A DNA stretch of 63,586 nt, counting the filler, from Neolecta irregularis DAH-3 (lineage: Eukaryota), in the NCBI GenBank assembly GCA_001929475.1. It is 7 parts of 7 records of this genome, joined end to end, with 100 filler letters (N's around TTAATTAATTAA, not from the genome) between each part and the next. Parts side by side here need not be neighbours in the genome. Positions count along the whole stretch, not along the records: positions 46,808 to 57,119 come from LXFE01002192.1; positions 57,220 to 58,989 come from LXFE01002210.1; positions 59,090 to 60,202 come from LXFE01002213.1; positions 60,303 to 62,149 come from LXFE01002222.1; positions 62,250 to 63,586 come from LXFE01000128.1; 2 more parts are not named here. One strand, given 5' to 3'. The notes under the pieces are model-generated. The model did no database searches. It was not told where the DNA came from and saw nothing but the letters and a program-made list of their open reading frames with translations. How positions within the stretch are numbered: the stretch's first letter is position 1; each line of letters starts with the position of its first letter. Of the stretch, positions 52,922 through 63,586 are shown piece by piece. The position numbers and the translations under genes were made by a program.

Positions 52922-54347
52922 ATGTCGTCATTTGCCCAGCAGTCCAAAAGTTTTCTGTCGTGGCTGAGAATTTCTGAGAACGCAACGGTTTCGGAGAAAG
53001 TTGGTATACATGACTATAGGGAGTGGGGACAAGGAAGAGGAGTGATTGCATTAGAGGATATATTAGTAGTGTCTTTACAGGAGGATGCTTCTGAACGGCT
53101 ATAGGAAGATGAATTGTTATTCTCGATACCGAAAACTTCGTTACTTACTGTCGAGAATTCAGACCTATCAAAATTCATTGAAGGGGTCAAGGAACTAGGC
53201 CCGTGGCTTGGAGAAATCTTGACTTTGATGTTTGAAAATCAGAGGGAAGAATCAAGATGGAGGGCGTACCTTGGTAAACATATCCTGGCCCTGTTGAGCT
53301 TATATCCAGACATTCTACCCAAGACTTTAGACACACCCATGTTTTGGCTCGACTGCGAGTTGGAGCACTTACAAGGTACCGATGTATTGAGCAAAATCGG
53401 TAAAGATGATGCAGAGCAATCTTTCAACGATATATTACTACCAATTATCACTGTATACTCCATCTTGATCTTTGTAGCTAATGATAGTCACACCCAGAGC
53501 TTTTTGACTCCTCAAAGTGTACCTTGTCTGAGTTTCACCGCTGGTACAGTGCTTCATAAGCAACGAATACTCACTGTTCAGTGGTTCGTTGATTCTAGCT
53601 TGTAGCTTTGACCTCGAATCTCCAATTCAAGGACCTGATGCTGAGGATGAGCAAGAACCTCCAAAGGGCATGGTCCCATTGGCCGACCTCTTGAACGCGA
53701 ATACAGAACTAAACAATGGGCGCTTGTTTCATGAAGAAATCAGCCTTGATATGAAAGCCCTAAAACCAATTCTTAAAGGCGAACAAATTTTCAATACATA
53801 TGGAGATCTACCTAATAGTGACCTCCTACGAAAATATGGATACGTTCAAAATGATAATGTGAATGACACTGTGGAAATTCCAGGTGATATGATAATTAAT
53901 TTATGTGGAGAAGTCGAAATGAAAGAAAAGAAGATTGAATATTTACTGGATGAAGGAATTCTTGACGATTCAATCGAAATTGACATAAATGGGATACCCG
54001 ATGAACTAGTAGTTATCATTTCGACGCTTTTGCTTCCAGAGAAAGAGTTTTTGAGGCATATGAAGGCCGGAAAGGTCCCACAAGGAAGAAAAGATGTGGA
54101 AATGAAGATGCTGGTGAGGAATCTTCTTGAGAAGCGGCTGTGTGCCTACATGACCAGCGAAACCATGGACGAAGAGTTGATGGTATATGGGACAGGATTG
54201 TCATACAGGGAGCGAATGGCTGTCATTGTACGGCTTGGCGAAAAGAAACTTTTGAAAGCTGCGATAGAACAAGTGGATTCATGGACCGACTCGGGCCGAC
54301 CTTCGAAAAGACTGAAAACCACTCTTGACGACGGAATTTCGGATTAA
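52922..54347 (+). CDS. RKM4: SETD6/Rkm4-type SET lysine methyltransferase
   Basis: GRGVIA, LFSIPK, TPMFW, MVPLADLLNA, GEQIFNTYGDLPNSDLLRKYG. Confidence 0.85.
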
Positions 54348-55104
54348 TTGATGTATTTATCACTTTTGCTTTATGATGATTTCATCTCGAATCTCATCTG
54401 ATAATTAATAGTTACCGTATTTCGCCCAGAAATGTTCTGAATGCTAGATTGGTCGACATTTGATAGTTCATCGATCGAGCCATGATTTAGTTCCAACCTA
54501 CTGGACCATTGTGTAACTCAAATCTAGTCGACTACAACAATTTATCCTGCAACATTCAAGGCTTTAGAGTAAGTCTAATAACAGTAACGACAATCAAAGA
54601 TTCTAATTAAAACTCTTTATTTATTCAATTTTCAATATCCTCCTCAACGCATTCAGGAGCGCTCTGTGTTTCATGTGAATATTTATCAGACATTTCATCG
54701 AAATCTTGAAGGTCCATTGGAGGGTTGGACATAGAATCCTTGCCCTCTGCCAAATCGATTGTTATCCAAGACACTTCTCCATAAAATGTGCCTGCAATGA
54801 TAATATGTCTATAAATCCAATGGACTATTGCTACTCTTCGAAATTCTCAAAGCTAGCGAGATTGGGACGATCAGTACCGGGACAGGCCGAGATCGGCCTA
54901 ATCAAACTGTCGTTTTCTAGCGGGATACCGAGTTCAGACATCTGATTTTCATCAAGTGACAAAGTGATTAAATGAGATTACGAACTAGTATAAGCGTTTC
55001 AATGAATAAATACATATGATGTAAAATACACACTGCCCGGACCAGATATGATATGTAACAGGACTAATAACGCCTTCAAAAGTAAATGTACCAAAGAAAA
55101 GATG

Positions 55105-56110
55105 TTACTCGGGGTTTGTATCAACAGGTTTATACAATATTGTCGTTTGATACTATTCCAGTCAGCTATTTTTTCTCACACGGATGAACCTTGCGATTAT
55201 ATCGGGTGGTGGCACTGACGGCAAGCACATTCTGCTTGATAGAGCCTGCGGCAAGATGGTTTAAGACAACATGGTTTGGAGAAGGGAGAACAGATGCATC
55301 GTCCTTCATTAAAGTGCTTTGATTAAGGATTACTTTTTCGAGATGAGGTGGTAGTGATGGAGGGATGTATTTCGACAAATCAAATGCGGCGGGATTGGTG
55401 AATATCTCGGGGGTTTTCGACGTATACTCCACTGGTGGAGTTTCTATAATAGAATTAAACGACATAGAGAGAACAAGTGTACTTCGGAGAAAACTGGCTT
55501 CTGACTGGGATGACGAGACTTTACTATTTGCAACCTCGATATAATTTACGAGATTCCCCGCTGAATCTGTCGCAGTTTCCAGAGCCGAAGAGTTTCTCCA
55601 TTCACCGTCTACTATAAATTTGATCCGATGCGGACCTGGCGGGAGATTGATGACTGTTGAGAAGTCATTTACGCTGGGACAAAAATGAGCCTGTGTGATA
55701 GTGATGATTTCGGACCTTTTGTTCATTTCTATTCGTTTCCTCCAGCCATTGAATGTTCCAGTCACATACACTTTTTCTCCTCCTCCATTCCACGTAAGAA
55801 AGGTTGGCACGGTCTGACCTAGTCCGATCAGTACGTTAATTCTGGCTCCCAGGGATGCACCGTCTTGTGTCTCGTTCCCGTTTTCTTGACTCACAACGCT
55901 TGCTCCTCCTGAGATGTTTTCAGCAGGCACCGTTGAACTGGCATTGAGATCAAGCTTCGAGATTTCCTCGTCGGGAATAGCCGGGAGATCCGGAACTCTA
56001 CCGAGGACAGGAGAATGCTCAACGCTACTGTTTCCCCTTCTGCGAGTAGCTTTCAGGCTCTGTGGTGGAGTTCTCGCGGTATCGAAGGTAGAAGACTGTG
56101 AATTACCCAT
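55105..56110 (-). CDS. AMPK/SNF1 beta subunit
   Basis: MGNSQS, CBM48 (VYVTGTFNGW, IKFIVDGEW), PPSLPPHL, PNHVVLNHL, YQTTILYKP. Confidence 0.95.
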
Positions 56111-57219
56111 CGTTCTTCAATAGGGGTTGGGTTGCGCCCGAGGCGATGAGGTTCGCGGACTTTAAACTTCGTTTCAGGATATACTTTGGTTTCGTCAGCT
56201 CTACTGAAAGAAACAGCTTTATACACTTTAACTGAATACCTGGCCATTCTATACTGAGTCTTTCTTCAGAATTCAGCCCCAATATGTGTTCTTTATCGAC
56301 TTGAGTAAGGGTAACCTTGTTCTTCATACTCGTAATACTTTTTCAGCCAAGCAGGCTGGGATATATATAGGAAAAGCACTTAAAGTATATGCAATGAACA
56401 ATTAGATTCCGTATGCATTCTTCCTTCCGCATTATGTCTTACGCGTCATTTAAACATGAAATATTTGCAGCGTCTGCTCATGTGCGTGGTCCTGAATTCT
56501 CATTTTAGCTCACTAATTATGTTGGCGTTGGAGCTAAAAGCAATCGTAAGATTAATGTTGCCGACCATCAGATCACATGGAAAGATAGCTCATCTATTTG
56601 AAACGTCTTTCACTTAACAGTAAACCGGAGAATAGGGGTTCTGATAGGCAGTTATATAAAGGCGAACATTTAAGCATACTTGACGTTTTTCTCTTAATTT
56701 TCCCGGGGATTTGCTACATATATTTGAAGCTGAACTATCAAGCTTCTAGGCTCACTATCGACTAAGTTCGAAACACATAGGTTATAATTCTTGAGATTCG
56801 GGTTAAGTTTCACTCACTTTGTTTTGGTAGAGTGTGGAAAATTAGCGTGTGGAAAATTAGCTAGCGTAATTGTCAAAATAAATTTCCTGCTTATTCTTTT
56901 AATGGGAGTCTCCAACTCATTGAATTTCATGTGAGTGCTTAAGAGCATGGAATAGAGAAGGATATTTTTACTAGAAGTACATTAGCACAATGGAATATGG
57001 TAGGAAGTATGATGATTTAGTCCATGTTGCCGTCGCAGTTTCAGCGATGTGAAGTCAGTCATTATTATGAAGAGCAGAGTTACAAACTCCGCGACCCCCC
57101 CCCCCCCCCCCCCCCCCCCNNNNNNNNNNNNNNNNNNNNNNNNNNNNNNNNNNNNNNNNNNNNTTAATTAATTAANNNNNNNNNNNNNNNNNNNNNNNNN
57201 NNNNNNNNNNNNNNNNNNN

Positions 57220-57306
57220 CAAGTCCAAGTTTGCAAGTAAAATAGCAAGTAAGTCCAAGCAAGCAAGTCCAAAGGCCTGAAATATACAAGCAAGCAAGTC
57301 TGAACA
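57220..57306 (+). repeat. CAAGTCC-rich repeat cluster; second copy at 61323-61400
   Basis: Shared CAAGTCCAAGTTTGCAA.TAAAATAGCAAGT. Confidence 0.8.
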
Positions 57307-57484
57307 AATGGCATAAAAGCGCCTTCGGCATGATCATCTCTAGTTTTCAAACGCGGTATCAACAAATATAATCTTTATTGTCAATCTGGACACCCACTAC
57401 AAAATCTGCAGCAATAAATATAATATCTGCACTCCATCTCGACATACACGGCGATTCAGAGATAAACAATTACGATAGCTCTTT

Positions 57485-57988
57485 TTAATTTTCAACGCTA
57501 TCGTATACGAGTTTTATCTTGCGGGTGGAACAAGCGGAACTGCCCGAAGGTGTGAAACACGTGGGACTTTCCGAGGCTGTGTAAATGAGGAACCTTTCAG
57601 ATAACGGGAAATCTGTCTGACCGTTGACTGAGAGGTAATGCCCCTTATCCGGTATGGAAATGATCTTGAAGTCTGCATGGATTGTGTTCAAGCCTGTCTG
57701 TTGGGGATTGACAAACAACAGGTAAGCACTCGTATCATTTTCCTGATAGACATGCGCCCACAACTTATTAATGTGTTGCCCTGAATTAAACTTCACAAGT
57801 CCATTACCCTCAAAGTAAAATACATCATCAATAAAATTTTGAAACCCTAACCAGTATGCACCATGAAGGCTTGTGTCAACAAGACTAAGCCTTTCTAATG
57901 AGGCATCTGAGTATTCATACCATAATTGGTATAAGGTATGGCCTGATTTGACAATGGGCAATATCGCGAGAATAACGGAGAACTTCAT
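57485..57988 (-). CDS. intronless putative secreted protein (167 aa)
   Basis: MKFSVILAILPIVKS signal-like start; TATA-like TTATAA about 35 bp upstream; C-terminal Cys pair. Confidence 0.6.
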   Translation of the reverse strand: MKFSVILAILPIVKSGHTLYQLWYEYSDASLERLSLVDTSLHGAYWLGFQNFIDDVFYFEGNGLVKFNSGQHINKLWAHVYQENDTSAYLLFVNPQQTGLNTIHADFKIISIPDKGHYLSVNGQTDFPLSERFLIYTASESPTCFTPSGSSACSTRKIKLVYDSVEN

Positions 57989-58911
57989 TGGTGACGAGAA
58001 AGATTCCGGCCAAAGGTGTCTTATAAAGTTGACTACCCAAACACCCTTATGTAATAGCCCCCTCAGGTCCGACATCGTTCCGTTAGCAGCAATCTCCTTG
58101 GTCGTCTGACGACATCAGGGACAAATATGAGATTTAGCAATAAGGAAAATTGGTGGGGCTACTTCTAAGGCCATCACTCTAAAGCCAAAGTGTAAGGTAG
58201 GACTATACCATGCTAGTCCTACCGGGTAAGGCCTATCAGTCAAAGATTGGGAATATATATAGTTCCTTGTGTCGGCTTCGCTCACCACTGGTTAGCAGTG
58301 CTGACATGCTGTAAAGATACAGCCAACCGGTATACCTTACCAATACAGTAACAAGGCGTAGGATAATATTACGACCATTAAAGGCCAGCAATAATAAATG
58401 GTGTATGTAATTATCTGAGTTACAACACTTACGCTAAAAATAATAGCGGCAGTGTTGGGGATGGGTCAACGCCGATAGTTTGGCAAGGCCGGCCCATGAG
58501 GAATTGTGTCACAGTTTGCTGTACAAATTAGAAAAACTCAAACGAAGGGTCCATTTACTGAAGGATTTGTGTTTTGCAGATGTATCTTTCGGTTATTTGT
58601 TTAGGCTGTAAATAGCGATATAATTTGTCTGTGTAAACTGATCCTTTAAGGCCACCCACCATGTTATTGCAAGTCATTTGCTACATTGGTAAGGTATACC
58701 CAAATATACCGGATGCCGCCTGGATGGATCTGAAAAAGCGCATCTTGGCCGAGTTGCTGGGCTGCAATTGTAAGTGTTGATGAGAGAAAACCGGTATCTG
58801 TTACTTCTTCCAGTGTCTCTCTACTAGATAAAATCAATGTTCTGTTGGTTAACGAGAGAATGATGTATGAGTCAAATTCATAACCTAAGTGTTGTATCTT
58901 CTAAGGAAATG

Positions 58912-58945
58912 TACCTAGCCTAAGTGTTGTATCTTAGGCTAGGTA
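58912..58945. repeat. perfect 13-8-13 palindrome; related copies at 47075-47102 and 61521-61552
   Basis: TACCTAGCCTAAG-TGTTGTAT-CTTAGGCTAGGTA. Confidence 0.85.
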
Positions 58946-59089
58946 TTCTAATTACATCAAGTTTATATCCGGCCATAAAGGCCGCAATANNNNNNNNNNN
59001 NNNNNNNNNNNNNNNNNNNNNNNNNNNNNNNNNTTAATTAATTAANNNNNNNNNNNNNNNNNNNNNNNNNNNNNNNNNNNNNNNNNNNN

Positions 59090-59368
59090 ATCCGAGTCAG
59101 TAATCTTTCTCTTTCTCGGCTCATCCGAGTCAGTAATCTTTCTCTTTCTCGTCTTTCTCGGCTCAGAGTCAGCAACCTTTCTCTTTCTCGACTTTTGGTC
59201 TGAATCCGAGGTAATCTTTTCCGACTCGGTATCAAGAGAATCCGAGTCAGCAATCTTTGCGGGGATTGTATTTGTGGAATGATTGTCAAGCTCGTGATCA
59301 AGAGGGGTATGTGGGGGGATTGAAGGGAGAGGGGAAAAGTAGCGAGCGAGGGAAGGCTGGTGGGACAT
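59090..59368 (-). CDS. 5' end of a PIP-box protein (MSH3- or DNA ligase I-like N-terminus), cut by contig end
   Basis: MSHQPSLARYF fits QxxLxxYF; followed by RKRKITDSD repeats. Confidence 0.45.
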
Positions 59369-59799
59369 GAAAAGGGGGGAAGAACGGGAGGGAGGGAGGC
59401 GTGAGGGAGGAAGGAGGTGTGATGGAGGAAGGAGGAGTGAGGGAGGAAGGAGGCGTGAGGGAGGAAGGAGGTGTGAGGGAGGAAAGGGAGGAAAGGGAGG
59501 AAAAAGCAGGCGAGAGGAGAGAAAGGGAGGAAAAGGACAGCGGCAGGGCTGGAAGAAAGAGAAAGAGAGCGGGAAAGAGAAAGAGGACGAGAAAGAGGAC
59601 GGGAAAGACGACGTGAAAGAGGACGGGAAAGAGGACAGGCGGAGGAGCAACAGGGTGGATGGGGTCAAGTCTACTCTCTANNNNNNNNNNAAAGAGGACG
59701 GGAAAGACGACGGGAAAGAGGACGGGAAAGAGGACAGGCGGAGGAGCAACAGGGTGGATGGGGTCAAGTCTACTCTCTACATGCGGCTGTCTACCCGTG

Positions 59800-59866
59800 T
59801 CTCGCTGTCTCGCTGTCTCGCTGTCTCGCTGTCTCGCTGTCTCGCTGTCTCGCTGTCTCGCTGTCT
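59800..59866 (+). repeat. (CTCGCTGT)n 8-mer tandem repeat
   Basis: About 8 units seen directly. Confidence 0.9.
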
Positions 59867-59873
59867 ACCTTGT

Positions 59874-60146
59874 CTACCACGGCTTGCGGGGGGCTGCGTG
59901 TTAGTTGCGCAGGCGGCGGACGCACCCGCGAGCAGCAGGCCGTAGCGCTTCTTGAGCGTGACGCGGTGGCGCGAGTACTTGTCGTCGGGCGAGAATCTGC
60001 GGTCAGAAGGCGCGCGGGGGAGCGTACCGCGCAGGGTGGGCGCTGCGTGTGACGGTGGCAGCGGCGGCAGCGGCAGCGGCAGCGATGCGCTTGTGCAGCG
60101 TGTACGTGCGGTGGCCGGCGCTGTCCGTGTAGTACATGAGATGCAT
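59874..60146 (-). CDS. NOP10: H/ACA snoRNP protein Nop10
   Basis: MHLMY...RTYTLHK...[27 protein letters not shown]; two introns. Confidence 0.95.
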
Positions 60147-63030
60147 GGCGGGGATGTGTTTCCCTCTACGCTCCTCTACTCTCCTCTACCCACCTCTACC
60201 TCNNNNNNNNNNNNNNNNNNNNNNNNNNNNNNNNNNNNNNNNNNNNTTAATTAATTAANNNNNNNNNNNNNNNNNNNNNNNNNNNNNNNNNNNNNNNNNN
60301 NNGGAATTGTCAGCCTTATAAACGATGGGAAATGGCTGAATAAAGAATCGTCCTATAAACCTATTTCCGACACTAAAGGTGCAATCTCCTCTAGACGACG
60401 AACGGCGATGTCCTCTTTATCAGATCTTGTACTTGAATCGCTATGTTTATCTAACCGCCAAGCTCGAGCTAGATCCCAGCTTAGTCGAGAAACCCACTTT
60501 GGATGCATTGGTACTCGTCAAGAGCGAACTTCGCCAGCTTATGGAGACATCTGGAGTGGTACATTCATATACAACCTCTACTAATCATCGCGAGATGTCC
60601 AATACCGAATTCACTAAAGAAATTATACAAGCATGGGTAAGGATGAAACTGCCAATTTCATCTAAAAAAGGAAATACTAGCTTGAATCCCTGAATATAAA
60701 TAACTCCGCATGGATATGGATACAGTTTCAGTAGAAGGCGCGTTGAATGGGGTGAATAATTTCTAATATTTACCTTTCCTTGAGTAATAACATCCACTTG
60801 TTTCTGTTCACCTAGAACTATGTAAATAACCTACAATTACGGCTGGTCTTTCAGATTTGAACTTTCTCGTACAGCATGACCTCCGAAATGAAGTTACGTT
60901 CCCTTTATTGTATTGAATTTGTTGGCAGACCATTTGTTTTGCCTCTAAATTCTGATCCCGAAAGTGTTTGTCTCGTTTGAATACGTTGGTTGGGTGTTCA
61001 ACTGTGAATTGATTGCCATTTGCTCAAAGTTACACTCGCAAGATTTGTCATGATTCACGTGACATGCATGCGATCAGGTTGATACGACATGAACTTTGTA
61101 TGTACAGCATACTTCACCAATGAAAGAAATGGCCAGATAGAAATCATTTTATGCTAGCAATTTTGGTTATTTAGTGAATCTTGTATTACACCTATCCTAA
61201 TTGTCAAAAAAGACGAGCCACCCACCTGCCCACCTGCCTGCCGGAGATTGATTGACCTGGCCGCCTGCCGGAGGGCCTCCCGCGGGGTCGGGCGGGCAGG
61301 TGGACACGCTGTAAAAGTTTTTCAAGCAAGTCCATAAAAGCAAGTCCAAGTTTGCAAATAAAATAGCAAGTTAGTCCATAAAAGCAAGTCCAAACAAGTT
61401 TAATTTCGAGGTTTATCGAGGCACGCTCGACTATATCTTCATGACCAAAGAGAAAAATGGAAACTCTATCAAGTTGGCTGGGTTACTTTGATTGCCTGAA
61501 GAGAATGAGATGGCGGCTGAACCTAGCCTAAGTGTTGTAACTCAGGCTAGGTATAACTATAAACTCAGCTACTTATTCTACCCACGCCTGATTACTGTAT
61601 TGGTAAGGTATACCAACTGGGTATATTCTTACAAAAAGGTTGGCGATAAGAAGGTTTTAGGGGAAAAGAAGTAGCATGAGTTGTATAGAATAAGAAATTT
61701 TACCCTCAACAAATACCAACTGGATGAGTTCAAATGTATTCCACAATGCTACAGCAAATAAAGGTGCAACTGACATTTGATTCATACTTATATATTTGAA
61801 AGTCACACCTGGATATATGCCATGGTGGCATAAATAAGAGTAACGTATAAAAACTATACTAACATTTGCATACACGAACCTCTATCGTCTACATATTTAA
61901 CGTCTTGGAAGTGGGAGTTTTTTGTTGCACCACTTTTGGATTACATCTAAACTATTGTATTGCTTGAGATTAGAACAGCTTGCACATGTAAGTACCCTGT
62001 CCCCTCCCAATTCATCTGCAATTTCTTGAAGTCCCGGTTTGACTTGCTCTAATGCAAGGGAATAATTTCCTGTAAGGGATTCTGGGGCGAGTTTGAGCTT
62101 CGAGGTCAGATTCATGAACAAAGGAAAAGTTAGATACAAAGGCTTCCAANNNNNNNNNNNNNNNNNNNNNNNNNNNNNNNNNNNNNNNNNNNNTTAATTA
62201 ATTAANNNNNNNNNNNNNNNNNNNNNNNNNNNNNNNNNNNNNNNNNNNNGAGTGGAAGCTCTTACTACAAAATAAACCTAAATTAGGACTTCCGATTTGT
62301 ACACCAACAGCTTACGAGGATATCAAACAGAAATACGGAGAATATACATTTGTGTTCGTTGCACTCGTTTTAGATGGATGTGATCCTCGCTTGCAGTCGG
62401 AAAAGAATCTTGTTTTCTCATACGATGCTTGCATAGCACGTCGCACAACATTGAGAGCTTCTGTAAAGGCATTGGTGAATACCTGCACTTTTGATTGCAC
62501 TAATATACTAGTACCGCAGAGAAGATCGTTCACATTATCTAGACAAGGCCAAGAATATCATTGCCCAAATTTCAGGAAAAAACGATTTAAAAGAACAAGA
62601 ACTTTGGGCACACACAGAGCTTGTAAACCTTGCGCGCCCATTTTCCAAGAGCAAAGGAATACTTGAATCGCCCGGGGTCAAGCCTTGGTCAGCACCAAGC
62701 AATGAAGCATCTGGGCTCGCAACAAAAGGCACTCAAAACCACAACCCTCATGCAACCAAACGAAAGTCTTTTGAAGTGCAAACCGTTTCACAAAACGATG
62801 ATTCTATTTCTCAAGATAGTTGGGCAAGGGAACGAGTAAATGCTGCGCCTCTACTTTGGATCTATGAAACTGGGCGAATGGATTTGGAAGCAACCAGCAA
62901 TGCAGTGAAAGACATTCTTCCTAGTTCCAACAAGAAAACAACCCAACAACATGAGGTGACAAGGGTTGAGTCTGATGATCAGCGAGTGATTGATCCATCA
63001 AAGATGCGATTTGAAACCGAAGAGTCCCTG

Positions 63031-63169
63031 ACCTTGGACAGTCTCAGAGGAATACCTTTCAACCCTGACCCAGACCCATACACTGACTCAGATTTCTTTA
63101 CAGACTACCTTGAGGAGTTTCTTTCGCCATAGACCTTGGACAACATTGGAGGAACACCTTTCAACCCTG
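63031..63169 (+). repeat. local 37-bp imperfect duplication
   Basis: ACCTTGGACA...GAGGAA.ACCTTTCAACCCTG at 63031 and 63133. Confidence 0.75.
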
Positions 63170-63586
63170 CCTCAGCTCCATAGGTATCTCAAACTCCCTG
63201 CAAGCTCAGAAAAAGACAAAAATATTTATATTTATATTTATAAGTCTCCATTGTATGATGTATATAAACCGGCCCTTAGGTAGGAAATAGGTATCTCTTT
63301 CAGGGAATATAGAAAGAATTCGATAGTAGTCGCAAGTCCCCATCGCCGCATTGCACCCCAGACCCTGAGATACTCTGGGCTCCGCAGGGCTGAGTTCATT
63401 AGGGACTAAAGTAGGGTAGGGTATATAAAACCAGTAGAGTCATTCCACAGCGATCAGCGGGCACAGAAGCTCCACACATCGCCTGTAAAATCGTCTTAAA
63501 ACAGAAAGTCGATTACAACACCTGTCCCATCCCGGCCGCCTGTCCCGCCCGTCTGTCTTGTCCCGCCCCCATGTCCCGCCCCGCCC

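Noticed and set aside
59367-59945. 192-aa G/R/E-rich and antisense P/S-rich ORFs
   Set aside because: By-products of low-complexity purine repeats; the duplication around the 10-N gap is probably an assembly overlap
60303-63132. ORFs 60379-60693, 61897-62139, 62352-62666 and 62776-63132 as transposase or recombinase
   Set aside because: No DDE, RT, HUH or tyrosine-recombinase motifs recognised

Overview
Eukaryotic (fungal) draft-assembly window. It is made of seven pieces joined by artificial 100-nt N-TTAATTAATTAA-N spacers, so adjacency across spacers is not biological. The DNA is very gene-dense, with many ~33-45 nt introns, consistent with a compact Taphrinomycotina ascomycete such as Neolecta (inference). 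Recognisable genes: ALE1, GET4, MSW1, Mit1-like CHD remodeler, a frameshifted JMJD4, EPL1, CNB1, MRPS9, EF1B-gamma with intronic snR38, RRP36, a NIF phosphatase, KAE1, a YPP1 fragment, MDE1, eIF4A, PRX1, a PST2/YCP4-like flavodoxin, a methyltransferase, SARAF, MPH1/FANCM, Gemin8, an F-box/JmjC protein, RVS161, FUN14, an Fe-ADH, PBN1, RKM4, AMPK-beta and NOP10. The most notable signals are: (i) a dispersed palindrome family with an 8-bp spacer, including a perfect loxP/FRT-like 13-8-13 site, linked to a second hairpin family and a 109-bp repeat; (ii) nearly consensus-free 5' splice sites with at least five GC-AG introns; (iii) Aven-like and possible APC16-like small genes; (iv) a GC-rich NOP10 contig. 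CDS coordinates span introns and were inferred by eye.
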